Assembly (NCBI GenBank): GCA_035084275.1
Contig: CM068744.1
Location: 83,762,001-83,826,000 of the forward strand
Direction: 5' to 3'
Source: Hydrolagus colliei
Taxonomy: Eukaryota
DNA: 64,000 nt
Shown: one piece after another, positions 1 through 11,541 of the stretch
Numbering within the stretch: the first letter of the stretch is position 1
Layout: each line of letters starts with the position of its first letter
Made by a program: the position numbers and the translations under genes
Notes under the pieces: generated by a model
Told to the model about the DNA's origin: nothing
Databases searched by the model: none
What the model saw: only the letters and a program-made list of their open reading frames with translations

Positions 1-640
1 ATTAAAACAGGATCCTGAAAGAATTTGCTTATTGATTTCATCAATTGCAATTAAAAGTTAATGTTAAAACATTTATTGATTGATCATATTCACTTTATTC
101 ATGGTGCTTTTTATATAGTATTTATTCTGTTTCTGTGGTCACTCTGTGTTGAATGCTATCAACAGCCAGACTGGAGATGAGAACAGCCAGTGGGTGAAAT
201 TGCCTCCAAGTGCTTCTTGCTTTGGGGAAGAGGGGGAAAGCTTGTTTTCTGCTCTGGATTTGACTGCACGACTGAGAATGAAAATCTGCTAGGTGCAAAC
301 GGCAATTGTGGTCCCACACACAGCCCAGGGTCCCACACACAGTCCAATAAACCATCGTGAGCATAGTGGAGTTTGCAATATCTGATTTCACATCAGTGAA
401 ATGTCATAGAGAAATGTTGGAAGGGAGCACAAAATACAATGTTTTTGTCTACCACCAAAAATTAAAACAAAATAGGATACGTAGTCCGATAACCTGAAAG
501 ATGTGGTATATTTGCTGATCTTAAAAATGAATCATGCATTTTTTGTAGCACACATTCAGTATTTATTGTAGATTCAATAAATACTATTACAATATACATT
601 TGTTTTAGATGTCTATATAAAACGTGTATATAAATCTGAA

Positions 641-745
641 ACAAAAACAGAAGTTGCTGGGAAAACTCAGCAGGTCAGGCAGCATCCATGGAGAAAGGAA
701 AAGTGAGTCAACATTTCAGGTCCACGACCCATTGTCAGAACTGAA
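641..745 (-). mobile_element. Penelope-like element terminal fragment carrying a decayed minimal hammerhead ribozyme motif
   Basis: Minus strand reads AGTT-CTGACAA-T-GGGTC-GTG-GACCT-GAAA-TGTT-GACT followed by ...GATGCTGCCTGACCTGCTGAGTTTTCCCAGCAAC. This matches my recollection of a common chondrichthyan Penelope-type end; family assignment not searched. Confidence 0.6.
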
Positions 746-1229
746 TATGATGTGTTTTAGTATAAATTAGTTTTTTTTACTGTATTTAAGATTACATTGA
801 AACAATTCAGACCCAATTTTAGCCTTATCTGGAATTCAAACAATTGAAAAAAGTATTCGGTGTTTTCATTTACTTACTTAACGAGCTATGTACTCTGCCA
901 TACTATTCAGTGCACACTTGTGATCTGCATTAGTATCAATCAGTCAGTTGGTAAAAGTAAATATGAATTGTACTGTTATGGTGCTTTATTGTGATCCCCC
1001 AAATGCTTCTCCCCATGACTTACTTTTGACATGCAGTGACTTGCTGCGCAGCAAATACAGCATCTGCATCAGCAACAAACCACAATAAGAGTGGCCACCT
1101 CCTAACCACCTTTTTTGGGTTGAAAATTATTCCACAATTATTTCAGTATCACCAGAAGGCTCCATTACTATCGAGCGCTCTGCTACGCCATGCTGTGCGA
1201 GGGACGCTATAAAAAAAGCGAGTTATTGT

Positions 1230-1385
1230 TTTTGACCCTTTTCGATGATGCCTTCTGTCGCCCTCACACCTCTCCCTCCCCCACCCTGCCCCTCCCCCAT
1301 GCTCGGGTCCCGACCCCTGACTGTTCAGTGCCATAGGACATCCTCCCGACGTGAAGGGTGCTCTATAAATGCAATTGTGCTGTTT
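1230..1385 (+). mobile_element. L2 LINE 3' end fragment
   Basis: C-rich 3'UTR plus tail GGACATCCTCCCGACGTGAAGGGTGCTCTATAAATGCAATTG, shared with the longer L2 copies in this window. Confidence 0.8.
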
Positions 1386-1608
1386 ATTTAGTCGAAATGA
1401 GCAAAACATTTTTTGACAACAAAATTAGTTCAATTTCACTGATTTATTCATTTAAAACTTGGCTTGATGGAATATCAACAACACATCATTGGGTTTAGAT
1501 GCTCTCTGAAATGCGCATTACTTATTTAATTTATTTAATACATAGTGACTAAAATTTTTGCAGCAACTAAAATTAAAACGTCTCACACTTGTACTTTCTT
1601 GTTGCTAG

Positions 1609-1803
1609 TTTAATAGATGCATCACTTCGCAGCTTATCAAGTGGTTCAGCAATTTCCGAGAATTTTACTACATCCAGATGGAGAAGTTTGCTCGTCAGTC
1701 CATTAATGATGGCGTAACAAGCACAGAGGAGCTGACTGTCTCTCGCGATTCCGAGCTCTACAGAGCCTTGAACATGCACTACAACAAAGCAAATGATTTT
1801 GAG
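1609..1803 (+). CDS. PROX1: Prospero homeobox 1, penultimate coding exon (195 nt, phase 0/0)
   Basis: Flanked by ctag| and |gtacgg. Translates to [65 protein letters not shown] (homeodomain helix 3 plus start of the Prospero domain). DGVTSTEEL and YNKANDFE are PROX1-type rather than PROX2-type. Confidence 0.97.
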
Positions 1804-3449
1804 GTACGGACTATTTTGTTGCCGTTTTAAATGCCTATTCCATAGAGAATGTAAAGCATGACACTAATTATAATTGTGAAGTTACTTCATCTTGTTTTGG
1901 TAAGATTTTGTGTTTCTTCACAGAAGGCAAGCATGAGCTGAGATTTTTTGCAAAAAATAGTTTCTATATCAATAGCAAGGCAGCAGGTATGGATTAAGTC
2001 AACTGTAGTTAAGATGAAAGCTTTACAGAGTAGTAGTTTTTAGAGTCTTGGTGTGTGCTCAGTTACCATTTGGAATGTAAAGTGAAAAAGCTCTTAGATG
2101 TAAAAAAGGTTGTTGTGTGTTGAGCAAATACTGGAAGACAACAGGTAATGTTGTCACACTAGTTGAAAATGTACATTGACTATGTTCAGCAGAAAATGCA
2201 ATGGATCCTCCTGGGGTGATTACCATTAATATTCAAACTATTTTAATGGAAGTACTGTAATTATGATGCATTGTTGGAGAAAGCCAAGGAACAGGATTAG
2301 AATTTAGAGATGTCTGCAACTCCCCTCGTATTCTAAGCCAATGAGGGAGAAAAAATGGTAGCAATTAGCAATGCAAGAGTGTTTCAGAATATCAATTAAC
2401 TATAGGTTGGAAGAATTCTAGGTGTGATAGTTTCCCACATATAAAACTTTGTTGTTATGGTTAATAGATCGATTGAATGCAAAACCTAAACTGGCGATTT
2501 TACCACTCTCTAAAATGTTGGAGAGCCTGTTGATAAAGAACTGGGGTGGGGTGGTTAGTGTCCCCATTCCTTAAGTTATTGTTTTTTTTTGAAAGAATAA
2601 CCTGGGCAATGGAAACAACTCACAAAGGGCATCAAAGATGATTTGGTGACCAGAAATTATTGTACGTTATTCTCAGCAGGATAGAAGATAAGCAGAAAAT
2701 GTGCTCTAAATTTTTTACATGGTTAAGTGAATCAAAGAATGTGGATGTGGGATGGCCAGTGAGAGGAATCAGAGGGACTACTTCGTAAGCTAAAGAAGTC
2801 ATAAGGTAAACCTAGCGTAAATAACTTTTTCATGCTCAATTGGTTTATGAAATAGACTGCCACCTGGTGCAATAAATTCTGACTTTGCTGAAACTTTCAA
2901 AGCAAATGTGACCGGGAAGCAGCAAATAACTCTGTATAAGGTTAGACATTTCCAAAGGGGAGGTAGAAAATCTACCATCATCTGGGGCATATCTTCCGAG
3001 TAGTTGGCCATGAATAAGTGGTGTTACTACTAGCTTGGGAGCAGGCTGCTTATCCTCAGTCACAGATGATGGATTCACTGTGAGATCCGAGCAGGATAAG
3101 TGAGAAGTTTTTTGTTCGAAAGATTCTTATACTGTATTCAAAGAAAATAAATTTGACCAGGTTTGAGGAATGTTTGTCTGAGAGAACAATTTTTTTTTTA
3201 AAAAAGCTTTGTGTCAGCACTGTGATGTCACTTCCAATGACTGAAAAGAGATTATCTCATAAACTCTTCTCTTGCAATAATATCAGCCACAAAGTGGCCA
3301 GTCAGTTAATTTTGCAGTGTATTCTGTGAGGGGCTTTGGAGTGTCCTAACAACATAATGGGACGCTGTATCAAATGCAGGAATTATTAGTATTATTAAAT
3401 TAATATCAAATTAAAATTCTCACTACACTAATTCTCGCTATACTAAAAT

Positions 3450-3570
3450 GATGGTTACTCAAACGAAGACTGTTTGTGAGTCAGTACTAAGCACAATTGG
3501 CTGCCGTTTTTTGCTCACAAAATACAGTCATTATACTTTAGTGTATTCTGTGAAGCACTTTGACATGTAC
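3450..3570 (+). mobile_element. SINE fragment (Deu-like 3' half)
   Basis: CTGTTTGTGAG...CACAATTGGCTGCCGTT...ATTCTGTGAAGCACTTTGA matches the full SINE copies in this window. Confidence 0.75.
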
Positions 3571-3574
3571 ATAA

Positions 3575-3796
3575 ACTACATCCCACAGTATCGCACCATC
3601 GCCACCTCGCCCCCTTCCTTGCCTCTTTCAAGACTCGATTGAAACCCCTCTTCTTTGACCGTGCCTTCTTCACCCTTCCACCCCTGCCCTCCACCCCTTC
3701 TGATCCCAACCACCAGATTGGGTGCAAATCCCTGGGTGTCCAACACCTTGGAACGTCTTCCTGATGTGAAAGGGATTCTACAAAAGTTGTTGTTGG
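3575..3796 (+). mobile_element. L2 LINE 3' fragment
   Basis: Encodes SLASFKTRLKPLFFDRAF-like ORF2 end, followed by the L2 tail and (GTT)n. Confidence 0.8.
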
Positions 3797-4219
3797 CCTG
3801 TCTTCCTTTTGCTGTTCATGGTTATCACCATGTGCATTTCTCTATCTGTGAATAATCCTCCACCTCTGTTTTTGCTTTCCTGCTTTTCAACAATTGACTA
3901 CTGAGTTTCCCCGTAAAATACAGTCAATTCACTTTACAGTATATTCTGTGAAGCACTTTGAGACATCTCAATGTGATGAAGCACTACATCAAATGGAAGG
4001 ATTATTCTTATAGGAAAAAAACACAAACTCCAGTCAGATTTTCAGAGTTGGTTCACATGGTCAAGAAGACAACGGCAACAATGGTTTGCATTTATATAGC
4101 ACCCTTTATGTAGAATAATGACTCTGAAATGGTAGGGATGGATACTGATCAGGGCAAAGAAAGAGAATATTGTAAATTTATCCCATGCTATAATTGTTGA
4201 TTTTATGGTTGATTTTTAT

Positions 4220-4328
4220 AATAATAATCCTTGCATTTGATACAGTACTTTTCACAACTTCTAGACAAGTCAAAGGGCTTCACAGAATATACTGCAAAGT
4301 GAATTGACTGTATATTTGTGGGCGAAAC
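4220..4328 (-). mobile_element. SINE 3' tail fragment
   Basis: ATAATAATCCTTGCATTTGATAC...CTTCACAGAATATACTG...GAATTGACTGTATATTTGTGGGCGAAA is the reverse complement of the SINE tail. Confidence 0.8.
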
Positions 4329-4944
4329 TCAGGTTTGTGGAGCCTGGTGCGGGAGAGGACACAAGCTGCAGAGTTTTGGATGATCTGCAGCCTTTGGAGG
4401 GAGAAATTGGGGAATCCATTACCAAAGCGACAGGGCAGGCGTGCATTTTCGTTCCCAACATAATTTGTTGATTACAAAAGTTCAGCACAGATTTCTAATG
4501 GAACAGGAGAAACTATCTAATTAAACATTGTCAATTCCTCCAAGCACCCAAGAAGGTCTTACTATTTTTCTACTGTAATGGCCCTGCCAGTCAATCCATG
4601 TCTGCCTTTCAGCATTTCTCTGAAATAAATGACTTGAGTGGCGGAGATTTGGTGATAAGCTTTTGGATATTGAGACTCCTTTTGAAATTGTTATGAATTA
4701 GACTATAGTGAAGCATCACTTCAGTCTTGCTACCTGGTGCTCCATGGGCAGTTAAAGATTGTAAAGGTGATCTGGAGTAATGGGGAAGGGAGGCCCTTGA
4801 ATGGAAACCTAACACCTCCACAATGCCATTACACTGCCATATCACAATGCCATTGGTGTATTAGCCTGGGAGTAGCTTATCCAGCCACCCTCTCAGTCTC
4901 TGATTGCATGGCCTCAGGAGAGTATAATAATAAGGATGATGATG

Positions 4945-5420
4945 ATAATAATAATAATCCTTGCATTTGAGGATTTTCGAAACCTATGAAAAAGCGCTTC
5001 ACAGAATATTCTATAGACTGTATACAGTAAAAGCCTGTTTATCTGGCACCCTCAGGACCTGGCCAATGCTGGTTAAAGCGCGTGCCGGATATTCGGCTGA
5101 AAACGCCCCCCCAAAAAAAATTAATGCATTTTTCCGGATAAATTCCGGTTAATCAAATGCGGACGTTTTTTGCGATGCCGGTTTTGCAGAAGTTACGGTT
5201 GATCGGGTGCCGGATAAATGGGCTTTTACTGTATTTTGTGGACAAAATGCAGCATCTAATTACGTACAGGAGTGCCACACAAACAGTCCTAGATTTAGAG
5301 ACCAAATTTTTTTTTTTTTGGGAGGGAATATTACCCCTGGAAAAGCGATCAACTGATTGATTAACAACTGGGCTCCTACTTACTGCTAGGTAAAAGGTAG
5401 GAAGGGGAAATTGGGGGGCT
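4945..5420 (-). mobile_element. SINE (long subfamily) interrupted by a MITE
   Basis: SINE tail at 4945-5022 continues at 5234 (TTTTGTGGACAAAATGCAGC...) and includes the extra segment also seen at 19800-19870. Confidence 0.75.
5025..5231. mobile_element. Tc1/mariner (Tigger/pogo-like) MITE, family A, 207 bp
   Basis: ~27-bp TIRs CAGTAAAAGCCTGTTTATCTGGCACCC / GGGTGCCGGATAAATGGGCTTTTACTG, TA on both sides (5023-24, 5232-33). Confidence 0.9.
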
Positions 5421-7279
5421 CAATACTTATAACTATAAAAATCATACCTATTACACTAAATTTTAGCCTCAGTTGACTTTCTCTGAATTTAAAATACAAA
5501 GGGTCTTCGTTTTCTTTCATTGATGCATTTTTGATCAAAGTTACTCAAATGCAACTCATATAATCATATATAATAATAATAATCCTTACATTTGACATAG
5601 GACCTTTCACATCGGGAGAAAATCCCAAAGTGCATCACATTTTGTACAGTGCAGTTTATGGACGGCAGTTAACTCAGCTGTGAAGTGAATAATCGATTTT
5701 ATTTGGGGGGTAGTTGGCCAGGACAACTGTGCAATAAGGCAACAAACCTGGTGGACTATGAGGGAGGGACCTATGCACATCTGTAATTGAACAACTGATG
5801 CTTTAGTATTGTATGCAGAAGGTATTTTTGTTTCCATTGTGAAATGTAGGTAAAACGATTGCTGGGCGTGTATTAATATGGCTTAATAAATGGAAGGTTT
5901 CTGTTCAATTTTATGCTTTTGTTTACCATCAAATGTTGCTCTGCCACTTCCATCACTGTATGGCAATAGAATCTCCCCAGTAAAAATAGGATGAAATGGA
6001 TTGCTGTTTATTAGGGGAAGAACATTCATCTCCACTGAAGCCCGAGTGAATTGGTTCATGATCTAATGCTACAAAACCATAAGGGAGAAGAGAGAGTGCT
6101 TTGTACAGGACAACCTGCCTATTACATAAAGGTACATTGCATTTTGAACACAATTCCAAGATTGTTTTCCCTTTAGTTCACTTGTTTGAAAGATTGAAAC
6201 GACTGCTATTCCACTCCTCCTTCACTGCCATCATTACAATGGGCAACATTTCAGTATGGAGAGTTCTGGACCTCAGTTACAGGATTACATCAGATCAGTG
6301 CACTGCCTCAGTAAAATAATTTTTCCAGTCTTTGGTAGAAGTGCGATGCTCCCGTGCATGTTGTGCAGCAACTATAGAGAATAACTGATGCCTCGGAGGG
6401 AGTATATACCATTGGGAGGTTAAACTATTATCTGACATGCAAGACAAAATTACAGCCTTCAAACTGCTCCCGCGTATTCATTTAAAAAAAAATGTTATGC
6501 TGAAGTATTTAAGCCAGGCTTTTTTTTACATTGTCATGCTGTGGAGGGCATTCGGTCTTTGTTCTCCATGTCGTTGATTGCCCTTTGAAGGACTAAAGGG
6601 TTGTAATGTAATCACTGGAATATCAAAAGTTTGTACAGTATATGCAGTGTTACAAAGTAACCTTTCCTCCCAAACTGATAAATTGCAATTTTAATAGTGC
6701 TTGCATCATCCGCTTATGTAACATCCTTGATTAGAAGCTATGATTGGGACTGCAGCTTGCCAGTCCATTTGTATAATGGTTTATGCTGCTTCTCATCCGA
6801 GCTGTTAAGTAGTAGAAATAATGAGGAACAATAGAACCAGATTCAGAAGGATTTTCGATCTTGTGGGGAACTGGGAGAGAAGATGACAAATGGAGTCTGA
6901 TGTAGATAAATTGTGCAATAATTAGTATGGGAGCAAGGAACCAAAAGGATGAGTTTGGTGTCAAATGGAACAGTTATATTGTGCTCTGATCAGTAAAGTG
7001 ATTTGAGGATTATTGTGGATGAGCCCATGAAACAGTCAAGCTCGTACTTGGCGGCTGCTGTTTTTTTTTTAAAAAATGAAGTGACTGGCCTGTCTTTGTT
7101 AGCTGAGGGAAAGCAATTTTAAACTAAAAAATGTTGAATTGCTGCTTAAGCATAGGTCAGAACCCATCTAGAGTACTTTACTGTGCACTGCTTTGATCAC
7201 CTAATCATAAGAAATATATTGTTTGTCTTTGATAAGATACAAAAGCAAGCTATCAATCAATATATATTCCAGCTATTGG

Positions 7280-7500
7280 GGAACCTAAGTTATGAGGAAA
7301 GGTTAAGGAAGTTGATACTGTTCTCCTTCGAAAAGAGGAGACTTCAAGATGTTTTCAAAATGATACCAAATAGAATTCATAAGGTTGATGAAGTAATTTG
7401 TTTTCCAAAACAGTTAAAATACCAAAGAATGCAAGTAAAAGAAATTTGGGCGTAAGAACTAAAACTGAGCTGAATAGTTCTGTGTAAAATCTTACCTGGA
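7280..7500 (+). mobile_element. Old CR1 LINE fragment
   Basis: ORF track peptide LSYEERLRKLILFSFEKRRLQDVFKMI matches the CR1 ORF2 C-terminal motif (YEERL..L.LFSLE.RRL.GD). Confidence 0.7.
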
Positions 7501-7824
7501 AACACAATTGAGATTAATAGTATAACATTAAGTGAAAAGTGTATATAATATGTAGCATAGTATAATGTTGGGAGGATATTTCAAAGCACATGACAATTTT
7601 GACTGGTTGGGGGGTAAATTAAATGTTGCATTTTTTTCAAAATGAATTTTGATCAGATAACTTTTAAACTTTTCACATAATAGTTATACAAATTAAATTA
7701 TTGTAAGTCTCATTTAAAGGTAACATGATTAAAAAGGAAAGTTCTGATTTTCAAAACCGGTGTTTATGTCACACTGGTACAGATATAAAGAAAAAGGCCA
7801 AATAATTCTAATATTACTAAAATA

Positions 7825-8080
7825 CAGGTATCCCCCGATTTACGACAGGGTTGCATTCCTCAAAATGTCATGCAAATCGAAACGTTTTAAATCGAAACGC
7901 GGTTTCCTATGTGGTCCCACAAAATGCACTATGTACTGCGCATGCGCAAAAAAGCTGTGCCAAATTTTTTGGTCGTTAAAACAAAACCAAATGTATTTCG
8001 ATTTTAAAAAGGTATTAAAACATTATGTGCCTTAAATTGAAACAGTGTAAATTGAAACGTCATAAATCGGGGGATTCCTG
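7825..8080. mobile_element. Tc1/mariner (Tigger-like) MITE, family B, 256 bp
   Basis: 22-bp TIRs CAGGTATCCCCCGATTTACGAC / GTCATAAATCGGGGGATTCCTG, flanked by TA (7823-24, 8081-82). Confidence 0.9.
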
Positions 8081-9059
8081 TATATCCCCCAAAATATGAG
8101 AAGTGATAGTCCTGGTGGGTTACCGCTTACTGAACTTAATAGTGATGTGAATGACTGACCCAAATGAATGTTTCCAGTTCTGCATGAAAATTGCACCCAT
8201 GAGAGACAAGTTAACTTTTTGGGATGCGTGAAATTCTCTGTTTAGGTTGGATACTCTTAAGCTTGTTGATGCATTTTCTCCATGTGTCAGAAACCTGGCT
8301 GACCAAAAAAAAACCTTTGCTAATGATTTTCTTGATGATCAACAGTGGGCATTCAGTTTTTAAATTCTGAAATGACTATTCCTTGCAACGGATGCGGCAT
8401 CCTTCACGTCAGGAGGGATCTCAAAGCGATTCACAGGATTTACTGTAAAGTGTTGTGACTGTATTTTGCAGATAAACACAATACAATTGTTAGACCTGCA
8501 GAATGGATAGCCACATAGTTCCACAATACTGAGCGCACTGACATTTGGTGCTGGCTTGCAGAACCAGTGCTAGTAGAGAGAAAAAACAAAGTAAAGCCCC
8601 ACTTAAAAGTAAAACAGTATATATTGTATTTTAAAAAGTGATTACAGGACTGTAATCTAATCCGGGGATTCAGTTGACTGTATTAAACCACTCAAGGTTT
8701 GTTTTTGCAGTTTATGATGCCTTCGATCAGATTACTGATTTGTAATCATTCCCAGGTATCCATTATTCTCCGTATAATTTTGCTGGAGCTCTATTTTGAG
8801 TTGCACCTGGTTTGTGTATTTTATTCATCGAATTTTGTGATGGTGGGGGGAGAGATGAAAAGCTGTCCAAATAACTGGATACTGGCACGATACAGGTAGA
8901 ATAGATCCAATGGCTTCCTTCTGTGAGAAAATTTGTACGTTTCTGTGATGGCTGGTGACTGGCCTTGTCCTAACTCGAGTACAATTGTTCAGTTGTCAAG
9001 TGTAGGTTTATACCAGTGAAAGGGTTAACTGCTTTTATTGACGGCATGAAGTAAAGGTC

Positions 9060-9205
9060 TAGCTAGATGGTACTCAACACAAAGTAAGAGTATTAAAGGA
9101 TACAGAAACTTTAGGGTAATGGGATTGGAAAATCTATCATGATCTACAATAATAGTGATACAGGCATGCTGAGCTGAATGGTCCAACTCCTCTTTCTATG
9201 TCCCT
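9060..9205 (+). mobile_element. CR1 3' tail, degraded
   Basis: ...ATCTATCATGATCT...GCTGAATGGTCCAACTCCTCTTTCTATG resembles the CR1 tails at 33770 and 57141. Confidence 0.55.
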
Positions 9206-9986
9206 TAGAGATTACTTAGACAAATGAGAAAAAATACCAAATTTCAACATGGTTTTTCTTCCTGAACTGTTTCACACGTAAGAAAAGTAATTTTGCTTGT
9301 AAACCAACAGAAGGCTAATTTTCTTGTAGCTGTCCCTGTTCTCCAATGGATGAAGAATTTACTTGCTTTTCAGCCAACAATAAGCTGGCTCTTATGATTT
9401 GATGGCAAAGCTGGGCACATCTTTCCAAAACAGTTAATTGGTTGCATTAGGCAACTTGTACAAGCATTATTATCTATTATCCAACTTGTGTAAACCACAT
9501 GTGAAACTTTCATTGGTTGTTTAATTGGACAAGGAAGGGAATCATCATTTCCTCTGTACCCAAGCAATCACACATAGTTTACAACTCCAACCATAGATCT
9601 GTGATCATTGGGAATCATGAAATGGGTTTCTAATAAATACTTTTAAAGTTTTTGTAAATTAAAGAAAATGGATAATTAATTTATAATCGGGCTGATCCCA
9701 GAACCATCAATAGAGCATCTTAGTTCAAAGGCATTTCGTTGTCTGACATCATCTTGGTGCATCTTCACTTCTGTTTGCCTCATGCAATGGATGATGTACA
9801 GGGTTCCATAGCTGAACCATAATTCAATAGGTTCAGCTCTCATAATGAACAATTTGAGTCCTGACAGAAGTTGTGAGGGTGATTTCAGCAGGGACATAAA
9901 TTTGAACTGCTGCATCGTACAGTTGCAGAGACCATTTCTTAATACAGTAAAAGCCTGTTTATCCTTTCAGAGACCATTTCTTAATA

Positions 9987-10611
9987 CAGTAAAAGCCTGT
10001 TTATCCGGCACCCTCAGGACCTGGCCAATGCTGGTTAAACCGCGTGCCGGATATTCGGGCGGCCAGCTGCCGAAAACCAAACACAAAAAAAATTAACTTT
10101 TTTTAAACATACCACATTAATAATAGACTAAATAATAACAGAATATTGTATGGATACTTACCAATAAAGCAATAAATATTGATTACGGTCTATAAACACA
10201 GCACACAATCACAAAGCAAACTTTTACAATGGCCGACAGGGGAGTTTTTTCTTAAAGTGATACTGTCAATGGCTCCAATCCCAACCCCCTCCACTCCTCA
10301 TTTTCCATCTAAATTAATCAACTCACTCCTTCTCCCCCACCTCTCTCTACCCCTCCTCTCTCAGAGAGAGGGAAGGGAGGGAGAGAGAGAAGAAAAACAG
10401 TGCCCCTTTAAGTGAAATCCCAGAAGTGTCACTACCAGTAGCATTCAGAACTAATCATACAGTATTCTCCTGTGACAATTGACTCATTAAATGCGCCACC
10501 TCTACTGTGCCGGATGAGATCTGGTTATTCGAATGGGGACCTTTTTTTTATAAGGTGCCAGTTATATGGAAGTTACGGTTGATTAGGTCATGGATAAACA
10601 AGCTTTTACTG
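9987..10611. mobile_element. Tc1/mariner MITE family A, long copy (625 bp)
   Basis: Same TIR and subterminal sequence as 5025-5231; left TA at 9985-86, right flank TG (mutated TA). Confidence 0.85.
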
Positions 10612-10774
10612 TGTTACTTTTCATGTACAACTAACTGCATCTGCAAAGCTCTTCTGAACCCCAAGTGACAACAGTTGGGAGAAGCAAATCTAGCTTGCCC
10701 TTCAAATCACCCTAAGGAGGAATGTCTGAACTCAACCATCAAGCCATACAATAGGTAGATTTGCCCATTATTGT

Positions 10775-11541
10775 GGATTCCTGTAGTTCACTGGTTACAG
10801 CACTCATCTTGCAAGTGAGAGACCTAGGTTCGCTTCCAGACAGGGTAAGTTTCCTACATGCCTGATAATAATCCCTCAAAAACAACAATGAATTGGTCAT
10901 TTAAATCCAACTGTTTGTGGGAGACTGCTGTGTGCAATTGGCTGCTGCGTTTCGCCTGTATACAGTATATAGTCAATTCACTTTATAGTGTATTCTGTGA
11001 AGCCCTTTGAGACGTCTAGAAGATGTAGAAAGCACTTTGGGAAGTCTAGAAGACTTCTCCCCTTCCCCCAGAGGATCGAATTCAAGATCCTCGTCCTCAC
11101 TTTCAAGGCCATTTACGGCCTGGCCCTCGCCTATCTCTCCGACCTACTGTCTCCCTATCAGCCTGCCTGTCCCCTTCGTTCAGCGGGCTCTGGCCTGCTC
11201 TATGTCCCTCGCCTGAACTGCCCTACCATCGGTGGCTGGGCTTTCAGCCTCTCTGCCTCTATACTCTGGAACTCCATCCCGCAATCCCTTCACCTCACTT
11301 CCTCCCTTTCCTCCTTCAAGGCCGGTCTCAAGACCTTCCTCTTCAACCGTGCCTTCTGCTTCCCGCCTAACTCTCACCCCTTTCCTACTCTCCTTCCCCC
11401 CACACCGACCGCCCCCACACCTGCGCGGGTACCGACCTAACTGTTCAACACCATGGGATATGCTACCAACGTGAAAGTCGCTCTATACATGTAATTTTGT
11501 TGTTGAAAAGTGCTGTATCAAATGCAAGGATTATTATTATT
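10775..11541 (+). mobile_element. Near full-length tRNA-derived SINE, split by an L2 insertion
   Basis: tRNA-like head (CTGTAGTTCACTGGTTACAGCACTCATCTTGCAAGTGAGAGACCTAGGTTCG) and Deu-like body. The tail stops at ~11054 and resumes at 11506 (AAAAGTGCTGTATCAAATGCAAGGATTATTATT). Confidence 0.85.
11055..11505 (+). mobile_element. L2 LINE 3' fragment
   Basis: PQRIEFKILVLTFKAIYGLALAYLSDLL...WNSIP...SFKAGLKTFLF (L2 ORF2 C-terminus) plus tail. Confidence 0.9.

Noticed and set aside
310-346. 18-bp near-tandem repeat GGTCCCACACACAG(C/T)CCA
   Set aside because: Only two copies; an ordinary local duplication with no evidence of function.
1573-1779. Minus-strand 68-aa ORF
   Set aside because: Antisense shadow of the PROX1 exon.
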